DNA from: Amoeboradix gromovi X-113
Taxonomy: Eukaryota > Fungi > Sanchytriomycota
Length of the DNA: 32,000 nucleotides
Reading direction: 5' to 3'
Assembly (NCBI GenBank): GCA_018985225.1
Contig: JADGIF010000028.1
Location: forward strand, 1 to 32,000
Shown: one piece after another, positions 1-9,597 of the stretch
Numbering within the stretch: position 1 is the first letter of the stretch
Layout: each line of letters starts with the position of its first letter
Program-made: the position numbers and the translations under genes
The notes under the pieces: generated by a model
Seen by the model: the letters and a program-made list of their open reading frames with translations, nothing else
Told to the model about the DNA's origin: nothing
Database searches by the model: none

Positions 1-725
1 CGTCTAGGGGAAGCGTTGCCAGCGAGTGCAGCACGGTACAGATCAGGCACTCTTTGAGGGTGCAGCACTGTGTTTTGCTGGTCCATATCAGTTTGGGCTT
101 CTAGATAGTCTCTCTGCAAGGTAGCGCCCTCGGACGCATTAAGCCAGGGAGGAAGCAGTGGCCAGCACAGTGTACGTATGCTGTATCCATAGTGATATAT
201 TTGGAAGTGAAGCTACAGAGTGGTAAGATGCTGAAAGCTGTAAAGTTATTGCATGAACCACTGCAGATCATATAGCCATCTGAGGTAGGTCCATTATCTC
301 TTGTTTACTCTCCTGTATCTTAGTCGGACTTAACTTGAAGGACTTTCAAATGTCTCTTCATCTTCCGGGCCAGCTTCACGAATAAAGCGTTTCATGAAGT
401 TATTCCTTGTTTTGTTAGGATCTTCAGCTCTGAGCTGTAGAGGTAGGGAAGACCCAGCAATCGTTGTGGAAGCAGAATAGAAAAAAGATTGATCCAGCTT
501 CGGTTCTTCTTCACCCTTTTCCAAGATTTTGAGAATGTAGTAGTCTAAGAACTTGCTTGCTTCTATTGCAACACGAGTTATGCCATGAACACAGGTTTCA
601 ATTTCATCTAAAAGATAAACATCAGAACACATCTAATTAAGGGTCATGTATACAACGCTCTCTTGGATTGGTCTTCTACGTTTGAGCCTGAGAGCCACAT
701 CAGGTACAACTCTGATGCTCTTCAT
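1..725 (-). pseudogene. Fanzor1-like nuclease relic A (N-terminal half, internally deleted, may continue past the window start)
   Basis: ATG at 725 reads MKSIRVVPDVALRLKRRRPIQESVVYMTLN*(TAG 635-633)MCSDVYLLDEIETCVHGITRVAIEASKFLDYYILKILE..PKLDQSFFY. Shifted frames then give WTYLRWLYDLQ (293-261) and FSILPLCSFTSKYITMDT (235-182), all typical Fanzor1 N-terminal motifs. Confidence 0.75.
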
Positions 726-914
726 CTTTCACCATGCGAGCAATGTGTGCGAAGAAGTTTTGTGACAAAATATTAAAATAAAATAAAACAAAAACATGAT
801 AACAAAGGACAGAAAAAATCGTATTGGAGGTTTTATTAGGAGTACGCACCATGAAGGTGGAATCTATATGGCGCGTGTTATAAAATAGAGGACTACGATA
901 ATTTTTAAAACAAA

Positions 915-1412
915 ATGTATCCTTTTATCAAGAGAAAACTAAGTCAAATAGAAGAATACAGGTACCAGAGGTGGCTAATGTTCTTTGCACTCGAAGGGTT
1001 ACTAATATTGAGGATGATAATGAAAAGAGGATTTTCTGTACTAGGATATATTCAAGGATTAACCATACTAAATCTTTTTTTTGAATCCATTTATAGCTCA
1101 ACAAATACAGAAGCAGAGGATGATGTTATAAATGAAATTCCTTTGCATACTATAAAAGACATAGAAGCACCACCAAGCCCTTTAATTGAACAGAATAGTG
1201 CAGATATAAGTTTAAGTGGAGACGTGAAGTTATGGTTCTGGTGTATGGTTATCGTTTTAGTATCACTGGTATGTACGTTTATAGATGTATTAGATATTCC
1301 TGTGTATTGGCAGTTATTACTGGTTTATTTCTTATTGCTTTTTACTATAACAATGAGAGAACCGCTATGGATAATGATAACGAAAAACTACACACCAATG
1401 AATCATCAATAA
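915..1412 (+). CDS. RER1: Rer1 ER-retrieval receptor
   Basis: Hydrophobic helices and the C-terminal CTFIDVLDIPVYWQLLLVYFLLLFTITMR..M...Y.P motif of the Rer1 family. Confidence 0.85.
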   Translation: MYPFIKRKLSQIEEYRYQRWLMFFALEGLLILRMIMKRGFSVLGYIQGLTILNLFFESIYSSTNTEAEDDVINEIPLHTIKDIEAPPSPLIEQNSADISLSGDVKLWFWCMVIVLVSLVCTFIDVLDIPVYWQLLLVYFLLLFTITMREPLWIMITKNYTPMNHQ

Positions 1413-1486
1413 ATATTTCAATTTGAAAATAACTGACATTGCGTCATGTGGTACTTTGCGATCGATTACGATGGCTAAAAATCGAA

Positions 1487-1990
1487 ATGTTTCGGATTTG
1501 CAAAACAATGGCTTCTTCAACTTCAGTGCATGAGTTTTCAGTAAAAGCAATTGATGGGTCTATGCATTCACTGGAAGAATATAAAGGTAAAGCATTGTTA
1601 TTAGTAAATGTAGCCTCAAACTGCGGATTTACAAAGCAATACACTGGATTGCAAGCTATTCATGAGAAATACAAAGACAAGTTGGAAGTATTAGGATTCC
1701 CATGTAACCAATTTGGTGGCCAGGAGCCCGGAACTAACGAAGAAATTCAAGACTTTTGTACTAAATCATTTAATGTTACTTTCCCATTGTTTGATAAGGT
1801 TGATGTAAATGGAGCAAATGCAGATCCACTGTTCACTTACCTTAAGACGGAGCAGACTGGATTTATTACCAATGACATCAAGTGGAACTTTACTAAGTTT
1901 TTAGTCGACAAAAATGGGATTCCAGTTAAAAGATATGGCTCAAATGTGGATCCAAAGGATATTCACAAGGATATAGATGAGTTAAAATAA
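1487..1990 (+). CDS. GPX: Cys-type (thioredoxin-dependent) glutathione peroxidase; ATG at 1487 or 1508
   Basis: NVASNCGFT (TGC Cys, not Sec), LGFPCNQFGGQEPG and IKWNFTKFLVD motifs. Confidence 0.95.
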   Translation: MFRICKTMASSTSVHEFSVKAIDGSMHSLEEYKGKALLLVNVASNCGFTKQYTGLQAIHEKYKDKLEVLGFPCNQFGGQEPGTNEEIQDFCTKSFNVTFPLFDKVDVNGANADPLFTYLKTEQTGFITNDIKWNFTKFLVDKNGIPVKRYGSNVDPKDIHKDIDELK

Positions 1991-2136
1991 ATCCCTTGTT
2001 TAACAATTCAAGTCTATGGGGCCACTAATTAGACTTGCGAGGCGTTTTAGGTTTCGCAGCAACCCATATTTAATAAGGATTCTCAAACGAGCTACCGGTA
2101 ACATTCTTTATAAAAATTTGAGTATTATTTATTGCC

Positions 2137-2469
2137 TTACAACTCACCTAGAAGGTATTCCCAATATTGTGTGGGTCTAAATTGGCTAAGTTTGCATGCT
2201 TCAACAAAATGGGAATAACAGTCTTCAGAAGTCGTAATTTGATGCATGTCATTAATGCATGTCATATAGCAATCTATGAATTTCTTTTCATGGTCTGTGA
2301 ATCTTGCAATCCCTATAACCTTTAGGATATGCCCCCAATATTCTGCCACGGATTGTTGGTGTTCACAATTCGATAATATTTGTAAGATTCCGTCCAGCAT
2401 GGCCCCTAGTCTGAATCCGTGTATTATTAGATACAGATATACATATGGAGGTTCAAGGGCATATGTCAT
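2137..2469 (-). CDS. hypothetical protein or gene fragment
   Basis: About 110 codons of protein-like helical sequence; no motif recognised. Confidence 0.35.
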   Translation of the reverse strand: MTYALEPPYVYLYLIIHGFRLGAMLDGILQILSNCEHQQSVAEYWGHILKVIGIARFTDHEKKFIDCYMTCINDMHQITTSEDCYSHFVEACKLSQFRPTQYWEYLLGEL

Positions 2470-2937
2470 ATTTGCATCCACACTCCTTTGAAAGTGTTAT
2501 ACCCCTAAAGGGCTCAAATTTGGGTTTCATCTTTCAATAGTCCTCATACTCGGATTTTGGCATAATGTTTGTGCTCTGGAACTCGGAAAATTAACGATCT
2601 GTGACCACTAACTCCGGTATTAACCGGTTTAATTTTGAATTCTATTGCACAGGATGCAATTTTTGAGAGACTTTAATTAAATTGATTTGCAGATCCAACT
2701 TATTACGTTCTACCATCTTAAGATTTAAAAACGTGTCTATTTGCCTTGTGTGGTATCAGGCATGTCTACTTACGATTTATTTACTTTGTGCAATTATCTG
2801 CAGCTAGCGTTGGTCTTGATTTCATTCCAAATAAAACTCGAATCCAAACCAGCGTTCAACCAGTTTAGTACTAAGGGTAAAATTGAAGCAAGACTTGCAC
2901 CGCTATCTCATGAAAGGCTTTGCTCATGTCCCTCGAT

Positions 2938-3708
2938 TTATTTTCCAACTGTGATTTCCAAAGGTCTTTCGGTATCTCGAAACTCGATAATTTGCAAGCT
3001 AATTCCCGAATCATTTTCTTGGATCATTTCTAGTATAACATGACGGAAATAGTCTAGTACGAACACTACCTTTATGGATATCAAAAAGTATGTCAGAGTA
3101 ATGCCAAGCAAAGGATCAATAAAAGTTATCACAATAGCGCTAAGATCTCCAATGACTGTTACAATATATGCTACTCTAACCTGTTTAATCAATGCGGTCT
3201 TTAGCGTATGCCTCAGTTCTAACATAAGTAGCATCTTACTCCTTAGAATGAAAAAGCAGTAGGTTTCTGCAAGCAGCAACAAGAACGAAACAATAGTTGT
3301 TACGAATCCGAATTTGCCCCACCTGAATATCCCATCAGATGATAACATAAAATCGGCAGCTGGCGCAACTTGAAGAAGTACTACTATAATAGGCATGAAC
3401 TTGATTAGCCTATCGTATCGAACTCGGATATGCTTACCGAGAGAATTGAGTCTCTCAACGTAAAGCGAATAAAGAAGAAACAACGTCAGCTTGGATATGA
3501 GAGCTGCAGTGAGTGTTGCTACTTCGTTATCGAGAATAAACTTAACTGTGCTGTGTATACTGCAGCATAAAAGACAGAATATACTGAACCAAAATATCGC
3601 GCCTCTTTTCTTGATGGTATAAACAGCAAATAGAGCCCCTGATATCAACTGGAGATAAGATATGCATAGAAATATAGCAACAATCTGAAAGTGCTCTGAT
3701 ATAGCCAT
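2938..3708 (-). CDS. 7-transmembrane, GPCR-like membrane protein
   Basis: Seven hydrophobic segments of about 20-25 aa; YVERL at the end of TM3; basic loops after TM3 and TM5; ATG at 3708. Confidence 0.7.
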   Translation of the reverse strand: MAISEHFQIVAIFLCISYLQLISGALFAVYTIKKRGAIFWFSIFCLLCCSIHSTVKFILDNEVATLTAALISKLTLFLLYSLYVERLNSLGKHIRVRYDRLIKFMPIIVVLLQVAPAADFMLSSDGIFRWGKFGFVTTIVSFLLLLAETYCFFILRSKMLLMLELRHTLKTALIKQVRVAYIVTVIGDLSAIVITFIDPLLGITLTYFLISIKVVFVLDYFRHVILEMIQENDSGISLQIIEFRDTERPLEITVGK

Positions 3709-3884
3709 CAATGCTTGTTTATTTCAAGGGAAACACGTCACATCTTATGACATGCAGCAAGCAAGATTTCAAAACAAGAAATATGAAGGTCCTTTGTTTT
3801 GGAGTACTCTGAAAAAATACTTGGTAATCTATAATCCAATATGCGAGTTACCTGAGAAAAACTAGAAAAACTTCTAAAACAAAT

Positions 3885-4431
3885 GTGTCATCAAATATAA
3901 AAACTGGACTAACTTTCAGTAGCAACTTGGAACATTATTTCAGCTTTATTAATTTTATGGATTCAAGAGGCGAGTAGACATTCAGCTAGTTGCGGAGTTG
4001 ACGAGTACAAAAGGAAAATAAATATTCTGTACAGCTATTCTCTTACTCTGTCATCCAATCTTTATCATAATACTAATTCATAATAGGGTATATTTTCATT
4101 TAATCTTGCACATAAATAGAGACCTTTCCTAATAAAGTTATGGCCAAGAGAAAGCAAAAGCTTTCATACACCAGTTAATCAAAGAAATGTAGTGTCTGTG
4201 AGAATGAAACGAAGAAAGAGTACCGTCTAAGAAAATGCACCTTTTGCTTAGATGCTCAGAGACCTCATATATTTGAAAGAGATGCAGGGTCTTCTAGTTT
4301 TATTTTAAAAAGAGGGACACAATCAATGAAAGAAAATTGTTATAATAGAAGATCTTTTATTAATGATAGCATTTCCTCTGTATGGTGCACCTTTAAAAAC
4401 GAGTTAGTCTAGTTTTTATATTTGGTGTCCC
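3885..4431 (+). mobile_element. Non-autonomous TIR DNA transposon carrying a deleted Fanzor1 (relic B)
   Basis: 29-bp TIRs at 3885-3913 and 4403-4431 (25/29 match); AAAT on both flanks (3881-3884, 4432-4435); frame 4179-4412 reads SKKCSVCENETKKEYRLRKCTFCLDAQRPHIFERDAGSSSFI (Zn ribbon plus RuvC-III RD). Confidence 0.8.
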
Positions 4432-4440
4432 AAATGTGTC

Positions 4441-5040
4441 ATAAAGTAGAAGGACCCACACTTTATCGCATATGCTTAAGGCGGATACTCGTTGCAAATA
4501 CCTCATCTCTCACTTTTACATCCCAGGCGGACGCTACTGCTGAATGGAATACATTACCTGAAGACGGTTGTAGCTTGCATTCACATCTGTATCCGCGACT
4601 ACACCTCACTAAGTATATGGCATTATCTTGGATCTCTATAGGATAGTAAGTCTCTTATAACTGCTATGGTTGTTGCATGATTTTGAAGTACAAAATTTTA
4701 AAGTAATTAGTGTTAGCGCTTTCCTTCCAAGAAAGTAGATCAGTTTCTTGTTTGACATACTTATGATCTCACCTACATTATATTTTTATCTGGTTTCCCA
4801 TGGTAAGCAACTTTCTTACGAAAACCCTGAGTAATAATCAAGATTATGGTCTAATTGGTACTTAAGCGTAATAAAAATATTTTGGTAGGATTTGTAAAAC
4901 AGTACCTTTGTTTCTTTTTTGCTAGAAGTATATAGTTAGTATCACATCTGATGGCTTCTCTCTTTCATGAAATTGTTATAGTAGTCAATCCAATAATTTA
5001 TTGAAACTGCCTCACAAGTTTGCAAAACCAAATATGCTCA
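4441..5040 (-). pseudogene. Fanzor1-like relic C (C-terminal half plus 3' non-coding end); 5' limit approximate
   Basis: Broken frames read KKVAYHG; NKKLIYFLGRKALTLITLKFCTSKSC (from 4752); GVVADTDVNASYNRLQVMYSIQQ*RPPGM* (4605-4516), a degenerate DRD-NA-N...RP motif. Homologous to 31585-32000. Confidence 0.75.
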
Positions 5041-5317
5041 TAATTTTGAAGATAGATCGGAAATGAACCGACCAAAAAGCCCAATACTATCCCGCGTACG
5101 TATTAAATTATATTAAATTATTTGTTACTTAAGTTACGCAACTTGTTATTATAAATTCCTTGTCTGATTTTTTATCACCATAATTGGTTTCAGAATTTGT
5201 AATCAGTTCTTTAAATAAACGATTTTAATTTAGCCACACGCATTACCGCGTTTTGATGTATTCAATTTATATATATATACGACACATACTTCTAGGGAAA
5301 CAGATTGTATTCAAGTA

Positions 5318-6310
5318 TTGACATCAGACACCTGTTTGGACAAAAGCATAAGGAAAGGAAGTCATCAGTATATTGCAGAGTCCGCTTCCAACGCCAGAAG
5401 GAAATATATTACCGGAAGAGGAAAGGAAGGACATCCACCAAGCCCCTTTCTACGGAAATCGGGTAAGAGTACATTGGTGTCGAATGAACTTCAAGTTTAC
5501 GAGGATGCATCCACACGCATCGTGTACAAGCTGGGACTAAGTAAGTGCTACTCTACAACAACGAGGAACGCACAGTGCGAATACCAAGCACTCGTTCCAG
5601 CAAACGTTGTAGCGTCGGGTCCAGGCGTATGTATTTTCCAAGCGACATTATGACATAGACGGTTCAGTCACAATGTATGGACACGAATGTCGGAGAGTGC
5701 TTAATGCACTTCATTTACGTATAGCCCATATGAATAGCGACATTGCAAATATTAGGAAACGTGGTAGATATACATCCAAAAAGAAACTACAAAAGATCAA
5801 TAATAGAACAAAGAAGAAAACGCGGCTGTACCAAAGAATAGAAGATCCTACTACGACAATGCATTATGAGGTGAAGGATTCTCTGTGCAAGTATCTAGTG
5901 ATCTTGCTTCCTGAGTTCGCGACGCAAGGAATGTCTCAAAAGTTACCAAATAATCACAAGAGAGATGCAGTCCTTAGACACTAAACATTAAAGTAGAGGC
6001 TGCCGCATAAATGTAAGTTTTACAATCAGAAATTGTTTATTATAAACGAGGTAAACTCTACTATTAAATGTTTTAGACGCAGTCACCAGTCGAGAGAAAG
6101 CATACATTCAAGACGATTCTAATGCATTAAATGAGGTCATGAACACCATAGAGATAATCAATCCAGTCAAAAATATGCTTAAATGGTATCTACTCAAGTT
6201 GTCTACACTTAAGGAATGTGAACTCATTTATTTTAGATTTTCATATCTAGCGTAGGCATCTAATTCCTTGCCTAGTTTTTACAGAACATGTCTGTTGTGT
6301 TTCAATAGGA
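5318..6310 (+). pseudogene. Fanzor2 / IS607-TnpB-like relic D with 3' hairpin region
   Basis: VVASGPGVCIFQ/YDIDG (RuvC-I DPG with D->G, then a frameshift), RLYQRIED...MHYEVKDSLCKYLVILLPEFATQGM, LRH*TLK*RLPHKC, INEVNSTIKCFRR, F*CIK*GHEHHRD/INPVKNML (RD at 6150-6155). Confidence 0.85.
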
Positions 6311-6392
6311 TTTAAAGGAAACAAGATCACATGCAAGAAGATAAGGACTGATAGATCAAGAAGAAGTCGAATGTATGTGTTTAATTAAGCTT

Positions 6393-6629
6393 TTATTTGT
6401 TCAAAACGATACCCAAGTCAAATATTTCGGGATCAGTGTATGGCAAGTTCGGGTATTCAAATTTCTTTTGAATAGCAGATATAGAGTTTAAGTTTACTTC
6501 AGAGTCCGCGCTTACGGACTCTTTTAAATGCACAACGTTGGTAATTCTTCTTGCTGTACTATGCATAGTGCTTGTTTGAATCGGGTCAAACTCTTTTAAA
6601 TTATTCACAATGGTGCCATATTGCGACAT
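6393..6629 (-). CDS. small hypothetical protein
   Basis: 78-aa ATG-initiated ORF; no motif recognised. Confidence 0.35.
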   Translation of the reverse strand: MSQYGTIVNNLKEFDPIQTSTMHSTARRITNVVHLKESVSADSEVNLNSISAIQKKFEYPNLPYTDPEIFDLGIVLNK

Positions 6630-6856
6630 TTTCGAAATTGGAATTCCCCTTTTAATTTCAAGTCACCCTTTCAGTAGTATGATCGGTTTTCACGTGAGCA
6701 GTTTATCTATCACCTTTAACTGCTTTTATTGCTTTAATTCATAATTTAAATGTCACGAGGTTCCAATTTATTATGAATTAAATTCCAATATTTGATTTGA
6801 GTAGAATCGGTCACTGATTCTTGTAACATTAAAGACATGCTTTGAAAATTAGGAGG

Positions 6857-6985
6857 AAATGGAACACTATAAAACTAGACAAACTTTTAAACAATTCTGT
6901 ACAAGTACAACATCTTTTATTTATCACACGTGCTCTAGGTAAAGGCTCGCTGCTATTTCATCTCTCCTGTCATTCCAGTCTTTCG
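6857..6985 (+). repeat. degenerate fragment of the GGGACAC TIR element family
   Basis: AAATGGAACACTATAAAACTAGACAAAC (6857-6884) resembles AAAT plus the TIR; ATTCTGTACA and GCTATT...CTGTCATTCCAGTCTTT resemble the internal sequence at 4025-4065. Confidence 0.5.
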
Positions 6986-7373
6986 TTTTACTCATTAGGC
7001 ATTGTATAACTTCAAGGATATTTAAAAATAAACCTTAATCTTCAAGTATTTTGCAATGGGGACACCAGCACAAGCTTGGACTTATCTGAAAAAGTAGCAC
7101 GTAAGATCAGCCTAGTTCATTACAATTTGATATGAATATTAAGAATCGCTTAATTTAGTCAATAGTGAAATTCAAACAGCTATTGATATCAAGTTTTCAT
7201 TCTACAGTGTTCCACGTAAAGCAGCAGTCATTTATTTTGAAGCCAAAAAGTGATTTTTTGCTAAAAATTCCGCAAACTAATTTTACGACCACGAATTTAA
7301 GAATAAATTTTTACTAACTCCTTTTTTAATTCAGATGGGCAATAGAAGTGTAGTCAACACAGTAAATGCGATT

Positions 7374-7679
7374 TTATACGAAATAGGAATTCGCTACACG
7401 TTTTGCAAATTGAAGAATTTTAGTGGTTTTAGGATTGCAGGTCAGAGTGAAAACACCTTGGAATCTAGGACATCCACTAGTTAGATGTCTCACTTTCATA
7501 TCTTTCCTCTGACCTGACTTCAGTGTCCTCTTACACAGCACACAACTTTTTGACGATCCATGTGTAGTCAATAGATGCCTTTTTAAGTCATACTTCCTGT
7601 CAAATTGCCTTTTACATAGCATGCAGTTATACATTTTGTTTACTAGAAACGCCAAGTCCATCTTAGAATGAGATGCCAT
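7374..7679 (-). CDS. small C2H2 zinc-finger protein
   Basis: YNCMLCKRQFDRKYDLKRHLLTTH finger followed by a CxxC...HxxxxC finger. Confidence 0.8.
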   Translation of the reverse strand: MASHSKMDLAFLVNKMYNCMLCKRQFDRKYDLKRHLLTTHGSSKSCVLCKRTLKSGQRKDMKVRHLTSGCPRFQGVFTLTCNPKTTKILQFAKRVANSYFV

Positions 7680-7843
7680 GTTTTAAAAATCAGCCTCAAA
7701 ATAACTCCTGCAGCACGCGGATAGATTGTTTGGCTAACAGCGACATGTTTTGAGTAAAATAGAAATAGCGGAGACCGTAATGGACTGCATTAAATCGCAA
7801 AAGTTGGGGTTTATAAAGTTGTGTTCATGTTTAAAAATATAGT

Positions 7844-8386
7844 TTACTTGATCGTATTGTTATATTTTATCATGACAGCTATGTTACTTTTCAACTGTTT
7901 GTTTTCATCTACTAACAAGCTGGCGATGTTCAGCTTCTTTTTTTCTGGGATCAAAACTTTTATAAGTTGTACTTTCTGCAAAGCATCTAAATTAAATTTG
8001 ATTTTCGATAACTGCGCAACAAAGCTTTCAACCTCCAAAAGTTGGGCAAGAAAATGTGAGTTGTCGAAATTAAATGTCCCAAAATCTAAAACTGCAAACT
8101 CTTTACTTGACACTATTAGCCTTGCTTCAGTGTTTAGTTTTTCCCTTACATCGTTAAGCTGTGAAAATAGCTTAGAATTTTGGTCCGTCTTTTTTTCAAG
8201 TGATTCGCTGAGATTTCGCTTTATATCATCTAAATTTTTAAGCATTAATTCTAGCTCTTTTTTTTGGGAAATAAGAAGCAGACGAGCTTTTTCTTTTTGG
8301 TTAATACTTAAAAGTCTATCAGATGGTCTTTTGAGATTAGCTTGAAATCCACTAGTGTCCCGTGTTATTGGACTTTTTAGATCCAT
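7844..8386 (-). CDS. hypothetical coiled-coil protein (start at ATG 8386 preferred; ATG 8437 would overlap DHS)
   Basis: About 180 codons with K/E/L heptad-rich helices. Confidence 0.55.
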   Translation of the reverse strand: MDLKSPITRDTSGFQANLKRPSDRLLSINQKEKARLLLISQKKELELMLKNLDDIKRNLSESLEKKTDQNSKLFSQLNDVREKLNTEARLIVSSKEFAVLDFGTFNFDNSHFLAQLLEVESFVAQLSKIKFNLDALQKVQLIKVLIPEKKKLNIASLLVDENKQLKSNIAVMIKYNNTIK

Positions 8387-8412
8387 ATGAATCTGATTCA
8401 AGGTCAACACAA

Positions 8413-9393
8413 ATGGAGAATCAAGACGGAAACTCATCTCATGATAATGTTTTTAAACCATCTGTTCAAATGGATTCGCAGGTGGTCAAGGGACCTGATT
8501 TTGAAGATGACAGTTTTGATCTATTAAACTGCTTTAAATCTATAGGATTTCAGGCTACAAATTTAGGGTTAGCGATGGATATAATAGACACAATGCAAAT
8601 GGAAGATGCCACTATATTTTTGGGATATACCAGCAACATGGTAACATCTGGATTGCGAGATGTGTTTAAATTCTTGGTAAAGAATAAAAAAGTAAAATGT
8701 ATTGTTACAACTGCGGGTGGAATCGAAGAAGACTTAATTAAATGCCTAGCTCCTACGTACATTGGTGACTTCAATCTTCCAGGAAAACAGCTAAGGAATC
8801 AAGGTCTGAACAGAGCGGGAAACTTAGTAATTCCAAACAACAACTACTGTTTATTTGAGAAATGGTTATATCCAATATTGGACGAGATGATTATATCTCA
8901 AAAAGAGGGTAAGATATGGTCCCCAAGTTCAGTTATAAATCATCTGGGCAAACTAATCAACAATGAAGACAGTATTTATTATTGGGCATACAAAAATAAT
9001 ATTCCAGTTTATTGCCCAGCTTTAACAGACGGAAGTTTAGGGGATATGATTTACTTTCACTCTTTTAGAAATGAAGGATTAATTATCGATATTGTTCAGG
9101 ACATTCGTTCTTTAAACACAATTGCTGTAAAAGCGGAAAAGACAGGTATGATCATTCTAGGCGGTGGAGTCATCAAACATCATATTTGTAACGCAAATTT
9201 AATGAGGAATGGTGCAGATTATGCAGTCTACTTAAACACTTCAAACGAATATGATGGCAGCGATAGCGGGGCATCTACAGAGGAAGCCATATCATGGGGT
9301 AAAATATCATCCAATGCGCAGCACGTTAAAGTGGTAGGCGATGCCACCATACTATTTCCTATTGTTGTAGCTAAATGCTTTGTTAATAAATAG
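8413..9393 (+). CDS. DYS1: deoxyhypusine synthase
   Basis: [58 protein letters not shown] and the active-site EAISWGK. Confidence 0.97.
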   Translation: MENQDGNSSHDNVFKPSVQMDSQVVKGPDFEDDSFDLLNCFKSIGFQATNLGLAMDIIDTMQMEDATIFLGYTSNMVTSGLRDVFKFLVKNKKVKCIVTTAGGIEEDLIKCLAPTYIGDFNLPGKQLRNQGLNRAGNLVIPNNNYCLFEKWLYPILDEMIISQKEGKIWSPSSVINHLGKLINNEDSIYYWAYKNNIPVYCPALTDGSLGDMIYFHSFRNEGLIIDIVQDIRSLNTIAVKAEKTGMIILGGGVIKHHICNANLMRNGADYAVYLNTSNEYDGSDSGASTEEAISWGKISSNAQHVKVVGDATILFPIVVAKCFVNK

Positions 9394-9597
9394 TCTAAGC
9401 GTGAAAATTTCAAAATAAAGCGAGTTAGAGGCCGTGATATATAGTATATATATCTTGATCTGCAAGCGACAAAATCTTGCACGCGGCTTCTTAATTTGCG
9501 AGTAATAAAAGCTGATTGCGCAATTTAACGGTTGATGCACAAATGAGGTTGATTTAATAAACCGTTTATTTTTTAAATTCCGTTTCCCTGACAAATT

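Noticed and set aside
1610-1630. Selenoprotein GPX
   Set aside because: The active-site codon is TGC (Cys).
4422-4646. 74-aa plus-strand ORF
   Set aside because: Antisense to relic C and begins inside a TIR.
5318-5984. Two independent ORFs (111 aa and 103 aa)
   Set aside because: They are consecutive frameshifted pieces of one Fanzor2-like pseudogene.
7821-8345. 174-aa F/S/L-rich plus-strand ORF
   Set aside because: Composition is the antisense mirror of the K/E-rich minus-strand gene.
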